Made by a program: the position numbers and the translations under genes. Shown here one piece after another: positions 24,352 to 37,246 of a DNA stretch of 64,000 bases. Within the stretch, counting starts at the first letter, position 1; each line of letters begins with the position of its first letter. The notes under the pieces were generated by a model. The model worked only from the letters and a program-made list of their open reading frames with translations. It made no database searches and was not told where the DNA came from. The stretch is from positions 87,319 to 151,318 of the forward strand of contig MU619319.1 in the NCBI GenBank assembly GCA_025201805.1, written 5' to 3'. The DNA comes from Parasitella parasitica NRRL 2501 (lineage: Eukaryota > Fungi > Mucoromycota).

Positions 24352-25708
24352 TTGTATAATTATAATGATGAAAGATTGTTATACGAAATAGAAAGAAATG
24401 GAGAAAAAATGATGCTTAAATAGTACTCTTGTCAAGAGATTTTAGATATAAAGAAAGACAGAAACAATCAATATCTGTTGCTTACATGCATATACATGTG
24501 TATGCTATATCCCTTGTTTTTGCAAGAAAAAAAAAGTTAGGCTTGCTGCCATCATAGGAGATTATAAGGAGAATACACAAGATCTTCATATTGTATGGAT
24601 AAATAGACCATCATCTGTTTAGTTTTTGTGATACCACCCCCTGAAGATCTCTGTTATAAGATTCGTGTTTAAAATAAGTAACGGCATATTGTACATCAAC
24701 TAATTTTCGTTGATCAGAGTCGAGTGGGTGAAACGCTTAGTTTTTTCTATTGCAAGCCTTATTTTAACAGTAGAAAGGGACTTTTCCCAGAGTTGTTTTT
24801 GTATTATCTCATTTTCCTGTTATCAATACAGTGATCCTTGATTTATGCACTGCTTATCAGGTATGATTTGTTTGTTTATAATACACAGCTTCAAGACAGG
24901 TTGAGGAGGCTATTTTATCTTGTTATCAAGAGACGTTCTCTGTTTATGTGTTGCACAATCAAGAACTGAAAAAAAGCAGCACTGATTGAATGAGCATCCT
25001 GTAATGTATGTTCCCACCTGCTTTCTTAAAGATACATGGCTTTGCTAGTGAAAATAGTTACAATAGTCTTGGAGATTAATGAATCTGCTTTCTTTCTCGT
25101 CAGATGGTGGATTTATTGTTTACGTATCGTTTATTTTGTGTATCTATATATTTTGCCCGTCATATACCCAAACAGCTATAGCTACCCTACCAAACCAACA
25201 AAGTTATCATGCCAAATCTACTGCATTAGTCTGATGCAAGCACTGCATTCAACAAAACCTTGCAAATCAAGAATAATCAAATCACTTTCTCATGGCCACT
25301 TTTGCTTTCAAAATTACCCTTTATATCGCATAAACATTTGATAAATATGTAGTGCACACTTGCTTTGAATATATGTAGCATAAAGCTGGTCAAAAGCATA
25401 CCAAAATATAGAATATCGAAATCAGAAAACAAGGCTAATCTAAATGAGCTAGCTCCTGACCGATAGCACGTTATCAAGAATATGCTCAAGGGTTTCTTGA
25501 AGACTCATATGATTAATGTGCTGATGGCTAAATCAAACAATAAACGCCAACATATGTTCATATATAAGAGCTGTCAAGGGAGGAAACCAAATCAAAATTT
25601 ATCAAAAAACAAAAGATTTATCTTCAAAGATCAAACAACTAAGAAGAGTTTTTGAAAATAGATATATATTACAAAAGTTAAAAAATTTGGGATTGTAGCA
25701 ACTAGTGT

Positions 25709-26274
25709 TTAGTTCTTGACAAGACTGTAGACAGTGCAAGCAGCTGTACCAAGAAGAGTGAGGAGGCCAAGCATACCAAAAACACCGCGAGTACGCTTAG
25801 CAGGATCACCGGTGACATAACCATTAACATAAACAATTCGACCCAAAATAAAGACAACACCCGCAGCAGCAGAGATTTCAGGATACTTGAGACCACCAAC
25901 CAACAATAAAGTGTTGTAGATAGGAAGGACCTCGAGGGTGTTCTGATGGGCACGCTGGGCGCAATTGAAGATGTTCTTCTTAGGATCCTTTTCAGCTTCA
26001 CTCTTTTCGGCATAAACTATATTGAACGGTCAGTACGTCCCCAAACTGGCCATTCTAAATACTTACCATAAGGATATGGGACCTTGGCAGCCCTACGAGC
26101 ACCACCGACTTTGATACCTAAAGAAAAGGTGTAAAGAGCACTGGCGACGGCGACACCAAGAACCTAATCATTTGATAGTTGGTCAGACCATTCGGTCATA
26201 CAACACCTATCGATATTGCTTTATTATTTCAAACTTACATAGCCATATTCAGAGGGAATTGTAAGAGCAGCCAT
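25709..26274 (-). CDS. MGST3: MAPEG family microsomal glutathione S-transferase 3-like (3 exons)
   Basis: MAALTIPSEYGY...ARRAAKVPYPY...FNCAQRAHQNTLE...GRIVYVNGYVTGDPAKR. Confidence 0.93.
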
Positions 26275-26976
26275 CTTCGTATGTACAATTGTTTATTGAG
26301 AAATGTGTAAAGTGAATAAGCGATATCCGTGAAATATCCTGGCTATTTATTGATGTCCGAATAAATCATAACAGGCAAATTTGGTTTCAACGCATTACGC
26401 AAGTCTTCGTAATTCGGAAACATCCTCCTATCCAATCAACGTTGAAATGTAATGTTCTCTGACACCTTCCTTCCATTTATAGAACGGACTCAGCTATTTG
26501 GGCGAAATCCCAATTTTATGCATTCAATGTCAAATAAGACATGTGCCTGAACAAAAATATATATTATATCCATTCTATTACCGTAATATATCATCATTTG
26601 ATGTGATCACCAGACTTTTTCGACAAAGCATTAGAGTAGGTGTTACAATATATCAGCGTTGTACACCCCAATCCATAGTCTAGTACGGTATATAGCTTAC
26701 CCCTGAAGGTATGATAAAGAGCCTCCTTCCTCATCAATCATAAATAATACAGCAAAGAAGCATTGAATAGATCAAGAAAAACAGTCTCGATCAAAGAAAA
26801 ATACGTATATATCCATATCCATACCTGCATACATTATGCAGACATCAACTGAAGGAACATGATATGGATTTAATATTTTCGCATGATAATTTAATTTCTT
26901 TTTTTTCCCTTATAAATGGTGGAATTGTGGATGAAAAATGCTCCTTTTCCTTCTATCGTAATCATTCTTTTTAACC

Positions 26977-29495
26977 ATGTTTCGACCGTACGATTCTCCA
27001 AGTAAGCCTACTTTATTTCTTACAAGGGAGCCCGTTGCTTAACCAAAATTAGGTACTCGTTCTTTTCATCTAGAAGATACAGACGACGAAGAGCATCATC
27101 AGCTTCCTCCAAACGCCTCCACACCAGAAAACCAGGCACTCTTAGCCTCAGAAGATCGGGTCCCCCGATATTTGACTTCATCACCTCGTAAGAAATAAAT
27201 CCAAACTGATGTACACATAAAAAAAAAAAAAAGAAATACCAACATGCAATGTGGACACACAGTGCCTTCTGTTAGATTAAGTGAGGATGCTCCCAAAGGC
27301 GCATGGAACACTTTGAAAATTCGCTCTAAATACTACCTTCCTATCCTCCAATGGCTGCCACTATACAACAGACAGTTGTTCTTGGGCGATTGTCTTGCAG
27401 GCATAACTCTGGCCTGTTTATTGATTCCTCAAGGTTTATCGTACGCAACTGCCCTGTGCAAGTTGGATGCAATTCATGGTTTGTATGGCATTACGTTTCC
27501 GGCTATTTCATATGCCTTCTTTGGGATGTCGAGGTATGTATCCAGTATTTTATTGCAAGTAAACACACTTGACTTATCTGTGCATGCATGCTCGGCAGAC
27601 AAATGTCAGTTGGACCTGAATCAACATTGGCTTTGTTAATTGGATCATCCATCGCACAACAAGAACATCTCAAGCACTCAGATGACTATGAGATTGACCC
27701 TTTAGCTTGGGCCTGCCTCATGACATTCTTTGTTGGAGTGTTCACATTACTACTCGGCATATTTCGACTTGGATTTCTCGATAGTCTCATGAGCAGAGCA
27801 CTATTACGCGGTTTCATCAGTGGTGTTGCGCTCGTAGTCATGGTGCAGCAGGCTATCACATTACTAGGTTTGGTGGAGCGTAGTAAAGAATGGGGCATCT
27901 CAGAAGCATCTACTACGATCGAGCGTTTGTATTTTTTGCTGCTGAATGTAAAGTATTCACATGGGCTGTCGTCTGCTGTGTCCATTATATCCATCGGCAT
28001 TCTTTTGGTTATGCGTATAGTCAAATCGAAATACTACCCCTCCAAGAAATGGTTCCAACTATTCCCAGATGTCTTGTTGGTCGTAGTTGGCTCCATCTTA
28101 TTGACGCAGCATTTTGATTGGGATCACAAAGGGCTGGCTATACTGGGTAAAATTGAAGGGGCTGGTATCCCTCTTCCTTACATCCCCTCTTTCCCGCCAA
28201 ACAAGCACATGAAGGATTTGCTAGTTACATCTGCCATGATATCTGTTATTGGTTTTGTTGAATCTATTGTCATTGCAAAAATTTACTCAAGTCGCCACAA
28301 CTACTCTGTTAGTGCAAATCGGGAATTGGTAGCATTAGGAGTTGCCAATATATTCAGCGGTTTGTTCCAAGGGATACCCGCTTTTGGATCTGTAAGTATA
28401 AACAATTGTGTGTGTGGCATGTATTCAAAGCAATACAATGTATGTAGGTTTCAAGAAGCAAAATCAATGACAAGGCTGGTGCTCGTACTCAGATGGCTTG
28501 CCTCGTAACTGGAGTCGTTGCGCTTATGGCCATCTTGTTTCTATTGCCTTACTTTCATTATCTACCCAAGGCTGTGCTCTCTGCCATTATTTTCGTAGCA
28601 GTACTTTCTCTCCTTTCAGAACTCCCTGAGGATCTACACTTTATATTCAAAATTGGTGCCTGGAGAGATTTGGGCTTGCTACTCATCACATTCTTTGCTA
28701 CGATTATTATATCCCTTGAATTTGGTACTCTTTTGGCAGTAACTCTGTCCCTCCTTGTTACTATTCGTGAAACAAGTTATCCCCGGATTTCAATAATGGT
28801 AAAGATCAAAGCTGATTGGCGATGTATAAAGAAGAGAGGGGGAAATGTGTGACTATATTGGCGCTATGACTAACAGCATCTTTGACAAATTTTTGCCCAC
28901 TAGGGAAGAGTCAAAGGATCAGTCAACAAGTTCAAACCTATTCAAGATGACCCTTCAGAAATTGAGCATTTACAAGATGTGCTGATTGTTCGTATCGAAG
29001 AAGCGCTATTCTTTGCAAATACAGGTAAATAAAAACATAGATCTTGAACGAGTCATATCTAAAATTCATGCTAAAATCAATCTTTATTTTGTAGGTCAGT
29101 TAAAGGACAGATTGAGACGTTTGGAAATGTTTGGTGACATGTCTATTCATCCTTCGGAGAGCCCTCGTCGAGAAGAATCTCAGTACACTATCTTTGATGT
29201 GGGTGCTATGCCTACTATTGATGCCAGGTAAAGCGCAGATCAAATAATGGTATTTGGTTGCCATGGTAACTAATATTCACATAGTGCTATTCAAATCTTT
29301 TACGAGATAGTGGAAGCCTATAAAAACAGATCTGTGAAGGTTTATTTTGTCAGGCTGAGAGAACAACCCTTGGGCATGTTTAAAAAGTCTGGTTTACTTT
29401 ATCTTGTAGGGGAAAATTGTCTATTTAGAAAAGTATCCGAGGCAATCGAATGTATTGAGCTTGACATTTCAAAACGAGGTACGACAGTAGTTTGA
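26977..29495 (+). CDS. SLC26/SulP anion (sulfate) transporter with STAS domain, paralogue 1
   Basis: YYLPILQWLPLY, GDCLAGIT, IPQGLSYA, SRQMSVGPE, FRLGFLD, SANRELVALG and STAS segment LFFANTGQLKDRL...IDAS. Confidence 0.93.
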
Positions 29496-29771
29496 ATTAG
29501 ACATACGTATCATTAATGGGATAAATAAAATGCTGAGTCTGTTTGATGACTCCTTCCTCAATCTAATCATTTTGTAAATATATTTCTGTTCTTTTGTTTA
29601 AACTTGATTGGATTATCACCCATCTTTTCATCTTCATCTCTGCATGTCTTGAAGTTCCGCTGAAACCAAACGGTAAGCCACATGAAAATGGCTATTTTAA
29701 AGCAAAAAGTTGAAGAGGCTTCATTTTCTTTTTCATTAATTCAATCCATCCTTTTGAAACATCTTACAACA

Positions 29772-31281
29772 ATGCCTGTTAGACCTACTGATTCTTGGAA
29801 CACTTGCCTCAATACTACTCTTGAACAAGAGGATAAGGAAGTCTACAATATCGTTGAAAACGAAAAGCTTAGACAATGGTCTGGTTTGGAGCTTATTGCT
29901 TCCGAGGTATGTTATTAAGTGGGGGCGGTGTAGAAAGAGACAGGGTCAACATATTTCGTATTTCTTGTATGTTTAGATATATTAACACACTTCTACCCAT
30001 CCTCAGAACTTTACATCTCAAGCTGTCATCGAAGCTAACGGTACCGCTTTGACCAACAAGTACTCTGAAGGTCTACCTGGTGCTCGTTATTATGGTGGTA
30101 ATGAGTTTATTGACGAACTTGAAATTCTCTGTCAAAAGCGTGCTTTGGCCGCCTTTGGTTTGAATGCTGAACAATGGGGCGTCAACGTTCAACCTTACTC
30201 TGGATCCACTGCCAATTTTGCTGCTCTCACTGCTTTGATTCAGCCTCAAGATCGTCTCATGGGTCTTGACCTTCCTTCTGGTGGCCATTTAACTCACGGC
30301 TATCAAACTGCCAAGAAGAAGATTTCTGCCTCTTCTATTTACTTTGCCTCTATGCCTTACCAAGTCGATGCTGCCACTGGTTTGATCGACTATAAGCGTC
30401 TCGAAGAGAATGCCGGTCTCTTCCGTCCTCAATTGTTGATTTGTGGTGCTTCAGCTTATCCTGCTGAATGGGAATACGATACTATGCGTAAAATTGCTGA
30501 TCAACATGGTGCTTACCTCATGTGCGATATGGCTCACATTTCTGGTTTGATTGCTGGTAGGGAAGCTAAATCTCCCTTTGATTTTTGTGATATTGTTACC
30601 ACTACCACTCACAAGACTCTTCGTGGTCCTCGTGCTGGCTTGATTTTCTTCCGTCGTGACAAGGGCGACAAGCTTGAGTCTCGCGTTAACCAAGCTGTCT
30701 TCCCCTCATGTCAAGGTGGTCCTCACAACAATACCATTGCTGCTGTCGCTGTCGCCTTGAAGCAAGCAGCTTCTCCTGAGTTTAAGCAATATGCCAAGCA
30801 GGTTCGTGCTAACGCTTTGAAGCTTGCTGAAACCCTTACTGGTTACGGTTACAAATTATCTACGGGTACTACTGTTAATCATTTGATTCTCTGGGATTTG
30901 AAGCCTCAAAAGTTGACTGGTTCTAAGATTGAACGTATCTGTGATATGGTTCACATCACTATCAACAAGAACTCTATTGCTGGCGATAAATCTGCTGTTA
31001 CTCCCGGTGGTGTTCGTCTTGGTACTTCTGCTTTAACCTCTCGCTCGTTGAAGGAAGATGACTTTATCAAGGTTGCCGAATATCTTCATAAAACCGTTCA
31101 AATTGCTTCAGAGGTTCAAGAGAAATCTGGCTCCAAGTTGATGAAGGATTTTGTTGCTGCTCTTGAAGGTAATGAGAAGATTGCTGAATTGAAGAAGGAA
31201 GTCATCGAGTTCGCTCGTAGCTTCCCCATGCCTGGCTTCGATCCCAAGGAAATTAAGACTGATGCTACTGTTGCCATCTAA
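29772..31281 (+). CDS. SHM2: Serine hydroxymethyltransferase, cytosolic type (1 intron, 29907-30007)
   Basis: GLELIASE|[36 protein letters not shown] (PLP lysine) and QGGPHN. Confidence 0.96.
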
Positions 31282-32176
31282 GTAACAGTATATCATTTTC
31301 ACCTTTATTTTCATTCTATGATGGTTGCTTATTATATTAAGCACGTTCAACACTTACACCAACATTTTATATTTCCCTCTTTTGTTTTCCATTCTCTGTA
31401 AAAAGTTCAACACGTTTTTGTATAATAAAAAACATATATCTTAACTGTAATTTTTCAGTTGACTACTTGAAGCTTGGCTGTCATGAAATACAGCTTCGAC
31501 AGATGGATCAATAAAGTTGTAGTAGCTTGTTCTAGCTTGTGCATTGTAGCCTTGACATGAAGAAACAAACAAATGGTTATAAACACATCCGGAGTTGTAT
31601 GTACTAGAATTCTTTGGCAGATTTAATTCACACTGCCTTTTGACATTGCAAAGACAACTTGGTAGTTTCTTCATGAACAAAGTTAATCAACCAATCAACC
31701 ACGGCAGAGCATTAGGTATACATTTATTGCTCTCCAGAAATGAGATTGCCTGGGATGTATAAAGTGAGTTTTGCAAAGTACTTCGTGTGAGTCATCATAA
31801 AGAGCTTGCAAAACCGATTGGTCTTAAATTTGCACAAATGCGCATTGCATTAAAGCGCCAATTACATGTGTAAAGAATGAAGCAATAATAAATAAGAGTT
31901 ATTGCAAACTTTGTGTTGTATACATGTGTAACGAAGCATATTATTGTATATACAAAAGCGATTAGTCCATCGGATCGATGGTCAAATAATGTAAAAATAT
32001 CCCCTCCCCAATTTGTTCAAACGATTTTGTTCAAAGTAATAATGTCGCCACCGATATTGAGTAAATTTTCGGCCCTTTTTGAAAGAAGGGTATTGCACTA
32101 TAAATCGAGAGGGGAGGCTGTAAATTGGAGGGAGGGGGGGGGGTATATGTGATGTTTATTTATAAATTAACAGTTA

Positions 32177-35073
32177 TTAAGGCTGCCAAACATGAACGAT
32201 ACCTTGTGCCCCTGCTACACCAGCAGCAATTGTCATCGTGTCTTCATTTACTGTTAAGCTGGTAACACAATTTGAAGTTTGATAACTCCTCAATAATTCA
32301 GTGGCGCCTTCGATATTCCAAATCTTGACTGTAGAATCACCTCCACCTGTTACTATAATTCGACTGTCTGACATCCAGTATAAGCCTCCAATGCCAATAC
32401 TAGAATCAGGGGCAATCAATGATTGATTTACAAGAGTTTCTAGATAGTAACTGGGTCAATTACATATGTCCAAAGAAAGAGATGTCCAACACTTACGGTC
32501 ATGGCTAAGAAGATGAAGGCTCCTCTTAGCATTTCGGACATCAAAGATAACAACTTCACTCTTTTCTTTTTCAGCATTACCAGATGCAACATATCTTTCA
32601 CAGGGACTTATGGCTACAACATTTACATCCGGATGCCCTGAGTAGAATTTAGAAACCACCTTTGGTCTTCTACTATCGTGAAGATGAATGAATCTATCGC
32701 CAGACATGTTGTCGAAACGGTTGTAGTTTCCAGAGACAATGTATCTGCCTGAGCTAGATACTGCGAGTGTAGAAACACACCCATTCATTGAATCGTATCT
32801 TGTGTGAGGCTTGCCACTACTGATATCGTAAGTTTCCACCTAAAAACAGACAATTAGATTGCGGAATAAAAAACCAGTTTGATCGTCTTACATATCCAGG
32901 GTGATCCACATCTTTGTTGTTTACTCCCAAGAATAAAACACCATTTGTAGCATTATGTCCGAACTCAATACAGTCCACATGGGGATCAGAATAGAAGCTA
33001 GAGTCTAATCCACATATAACGCCAGAGCCCGTTTTGCCATTCCTGCTCAATGACCAAACTGTTGCCGTGCCATCATTGGAGCAGGTAGCCAGCACATTTT
33101 CATTTGTGGAATAATTAACTGCTAATTGATTGATAGGCTTGCTATGATAACTCAATGTCGAAACATGTTTGCCAGTCTTTGCTCGCCAGATATTAGCACG
33201 GCCATCATGTGACGATGAATAAATAAGGCTTTGATCTTTAGACATTTTGACATCTGTCACAGTTCTCCAAATTTCTATTGTGCCATCAATATAAAACAAT
33301 GAATCAAGAATTGTTACATACCTTGTCCAGTAGTTTCGTGTTCAGTTTGATGCCCACTCAATGATCTGCACTCATTTGTTTCTGAATCCCATAAGCGCAA
33401 ATTACCTGGGACATTATACTGAATGTTTTCGTCACAAAGAGAGCCAACTGCGACCCGTACACTAATGAAATTATTTAATATCCAGCAGGTTACCCTCAAA
33501 AATTAGTCTTTACCCTTTTGTGGGGTCATTGAATATAGCCAATGTAATTGCATCACCACTTCCATCTTGAATTATGCTCTCTCTGCTCATATTTGCCCAA
33601 TGTATACTTCTCAGAGCATTTCCGTTTAATATACCAGTACGAGTGCGCTTTGATAATAATTGATATCGAGATCTACCTTTCTTTGGCACTTGTAAAAAAT
33701 AGTAATTAGCTTTCAAGATTACCCTACCGACTTGCTAAACTTACTTTGATGTTTTCTAACTATGATAACTTTATCAAATAATTTATATTGTCCATCCTTG
33801 AGGTCAGACCAAAAACATTTACAATCTAAAGGTGTTCGGCCGGGTAGTTGGGTGGACACATATTGCCAATATGATTCCAAATCCTTGGTTACTCTTGACC
33901 CTTTCGTTTTTTGTATGCAATTTTGAATTACGGCAATTTCTTGGCTGGTAAAGGGATAATGTAAAATATCAGCAATATCCAACTGAGCCCAGTCCTCCCA
34001 TGTAGAGTTGTACCATACACGACTAGGGACATATGGTGTATTGGGCTCTTGAGAATGAGAATTAGATATTTGAGGTTCAGTGGCGGTTTTTCCGTAATAA
34101 TTGATAGAGGACGAGCTTTCTGTATAACGTTTGCTACGACGAGAAGAGCGCTCAGTTGTGCCTATCAATGTGGTCGCAGGAAGCAGCTCAGAGACAGATT
34201 GAATATACATTTCCATCATGCGCAAAAGCTCCAATTTTTCCAAATTGTCAGGTATAAAAGTATTTACAGATGTAGACGGCATTGGCTCATCTACACTTAG
34301 TAGTGTCATCTAGAGACAATGACTGAGCACAACTAGGCATTTTGTAATACAGTGATAAAACCACTTACAGGCTGGGTAATGTTAATTGTGTCTAGGAGTT
34401 CTTCTTCCTTTACATCTTCTTCACGTACCGACATTCTTGAAAGCAGATCATAGGCATTGTCAGATAATTCAGAAAGACCAGAGTCTTCATCTTGGTCATC
34501 AACTGCCATAAGACCATTCATCTTTTCGACAGTTATCTTGTCTTCGTCTTCTTGAACGTTTGCTTCGCCAAAATTTAATAGATTTTGGTGGAATGATTCT
34601 TGATCAAAGAGTGGCCCATCGTCACAATAGTCTTCAAATTGAGTCATTGGAGAGGAATTGATGCTACTGATAATTGAATGTGGTTGCCCATTACTTGAAG
34701 TTACCTTTTCCTCTGTCCTGACTATGGGCTCCTCGATGATTTCAGCCATATCATCGTCTGAATCATCAAGAGAAATAGGGTCATTTTGACTGCCTTCTAA
34801 CTTTCTTTGTTTGTTTGGTCGTGAAGAAGAAGCGAAGTTCACAGTTTGTTGCTCTTGTTGGATGAGTGGTTTTGGCTGTGGTTGTGGTTGGGATTGCGGT
34901 AGTAGTTGTAGTGGTTCCTCCTCAGCAAAATCCTCTTCATCACTAATTAGTATAACTTCACTCTTGCTCTTTTCTTTGCGAATATAACTGATGAATGGAA
35001 CAGAAGTTGTACTGGTGCTATTTGATACAAAAGTCTGCTTTGGTGTTTCTATACGTGATTGATTGAGAATCAT
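32177..35073 (-). CDS. Myb/SANT-like plus WD40 protein, Raf1/Dos1 (DIM-9)-like
   Basis: Acidic disordered N-terminus; LHYPFTSQE...WQYVSTQLPGRTPLDCKCFW; propeller opening GSGDAITLA...VAVGS...QYNVPGNLRLWD...TVTDVKMS; further WD repeats. The WD40 call is firm, the Raf1 orthology tentative. Confidence 0.75.
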
Positions 35074-35634
35074 GTGCAGTATAATTCAGTTCTTTCTTTT
35101 TTGATGTCTGTTGAAAATGAAGAATCCACAGCTATTTTCAATAAAAAAGAAAGATGTTGTGCACACAGGAAGAAAATATTTTTTTGAAGCAAACATGCTA
35201 TTTCGCTGCCCAAAATGGATTGCTAGCCATACCGAACTTGTTACCGGACAAAGGTATCTCAAAAATCCAATACTTTTCAAAAGAAACACAATTCTTTTAT
35301 TCATAAAAATAGACGATAGAGCGTAAGAAAAGATCAATAAAAAAGAGCGATGTATATACAAAACAATGATAATAAAGGATAGATACTACTTATGAAAGGA
35401 TCATCTGGTCAAAGCATTGGATAAGTTCATGAAAGTAAAAATAAAGTATTTATGCAGAGATATGATTTACCAAATGAAATCATTTATATATATAATTAAA
35501 TAGCATAAGTGTATAATTGACCAGCAAGATAAAGTAGATTCAACATAATAGGTAAAGGAGTGAGAGAGAAACATAACGACTGAGAAGACAGATGATGGAG
35601 ACCAGAGTGGACGTTTGTGAAGTTTGCTATAAAT

Positions 35635-35784
35635 TTATACATACATTGGACAATCTGAAGATGCATGCTTGACTGAGCCACAAAGATAGCAAATCTTGCT
35701 TCCGTTTGAGTGGCGTGTCTTGAAATCAACTGTTTTTTCATGATGCTGGCATTCTTTTGATGGATGTTGTTGTTGATGAATCAT
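35635..35784 (-). CDS. Zinc-knuckle (CCHC) microprotein, 49 aa unspliced; not in the ORF track
   Basis: MIHQQQHPSKECQHHEKTVDFKTRHSNGSKICYLCGSVKHASSDCPMYV* contains a perfect C-x2-C-x4-H-x4-C. A possible 65-nt intron (35644-35580) would change the C-terminus. Confidence 0.65.
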   Translation of the reverse strand: MIHQQQHPSKECQHHEKTVDFKTRHSNGSKICYLCGSVKHASSDCPMYV

Positions 35785-36136
35785 TTGATCGTTTTTTTTA
35801 TTTTATATTTATAATTGAATATATACAAATTTACAATTAAGAAAGAATTGTTAAAAAAAAAAGAGAGAGAAAAGATCAATGCCCAATAAATGAACCCTTT
35901 TTATGTGTGAAAAATAAATATAATAAATCTAGCTGGTGTAACAGAACCATGGCTATGTAAATGGTGGGTCGAGATCGGCAAATGGCTTTATAAAAAAAAA
36001 TATAAAATGTAATGAGATGCACGTGGAATATGTCAGAACTACACACCTGGTGACGGGAACTACACACAATTTCCTGTTTAGTTCTGTCCACTGAAGAAGC
36101 TAAATCTGCTTAGGCCTAAACCAAGGAGCCATTAGC

Positions 36137-36137
<1 letters not shown>

Positions 36138-36209
<72 letters not shown>
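36138..36209 (+). repeat. Poly(A) run, 72 nt
   Basis: Direct observation. Confidence 0.95.
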
Positions 36210-36211
<2 letters not shown>

Positions 36212-37246
36212 ATGTATACACCAGACGCATCAGATACATCAGACACATTTTTGCATGGTCTTTGAGGTGTTTAAGCTGTCTTGAAATTATTAAACAGTTT
36301 TGTATCCGTAACCATGGTAACTGCAATCACATTACGATGTACCTCCTAATCATGATACCCTTGTGTACAATTATCATCAACAATATTATCAATCCAACTA
36401 GAACCCCTTCAATTATTCTGTGCTTGATGCCCTCATCAACAATCTCCTATATGTAATTTCTACATTGGCACCATCAGATACTAGGACAAAGAGTCGTCTA
36501 ACGAAATGAAGATTGTATTTGGCTAGCTTTTCTTTTTTATTCTCATTGTAATACAAGACACTAATATTATTTTAATTAACATTCATTAACAGATAGTGTC
36601 ATCAATTCCAATGAAAACCCGCGTGTTTGAGAGATAAAAATGACGAAGTAATTTTAAAGAATAAATGCGGCCTAAATACATATGTGTAAATATGCAGTGT
36701 GGGAGGTTGTTTGTACATGATAAAGTTTCGAGTAATCATTATTGATTAATTGCGGATCTGATTTCTGTCATTCGTTATTGTTGTCTTGCCTGAACTAATG
36801 ATGTTTATTTACAAGAATAATAATAGTAAAAAAAAAAGCAACGCTTAAGCCAAATCACAATGTTAACATGAGTCATCTCATCATGGTCCAATTTTGCTGC
36901 TTACTAAGTTTTCTGAGTGAATTGTCACCTACAAGACTCATTGTGGCGTTTATCTGACATTTGCCTTTATCATAAGTTGAAAACCAAGAATAAGTGTAGA
37001 TATTATTAAATGATGTAGGAAAATGAGGATATTCTTTTCCTCCTTGTTTTCCCAAATCGAATTACTTCTTTTCTATGCTTACCAGATGATTGGAATGTAT
37101 CCTACATTGTAATTCAAAATGAAGGCAAAAAGCGTTGTGACAATCATAAAAATGAATTTCAAATTTTTTCTTTTCTTCTTTTCCCTCTCTTCTTTGTAAT
37201 AATTTATACGCATTTATAGATTGATTATATGTACTCTTTACAATAA

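Noticed and set aside
29682-29771. In-frame upstream ATG adding 30 aa to SHMT (dual targeting?)
   Set aside because: The extension has acidic residues, no Arg, and is encoded by T-rich UTR-like sequence; not a convincing presequence.
31441-31860. Coding-like fragments between SHMT and the WD40 gene (also 6660-7150, 40090-40330, 59724-59966)
   Set aside because: No assignable motif; probably decayed elements, but unsupported.
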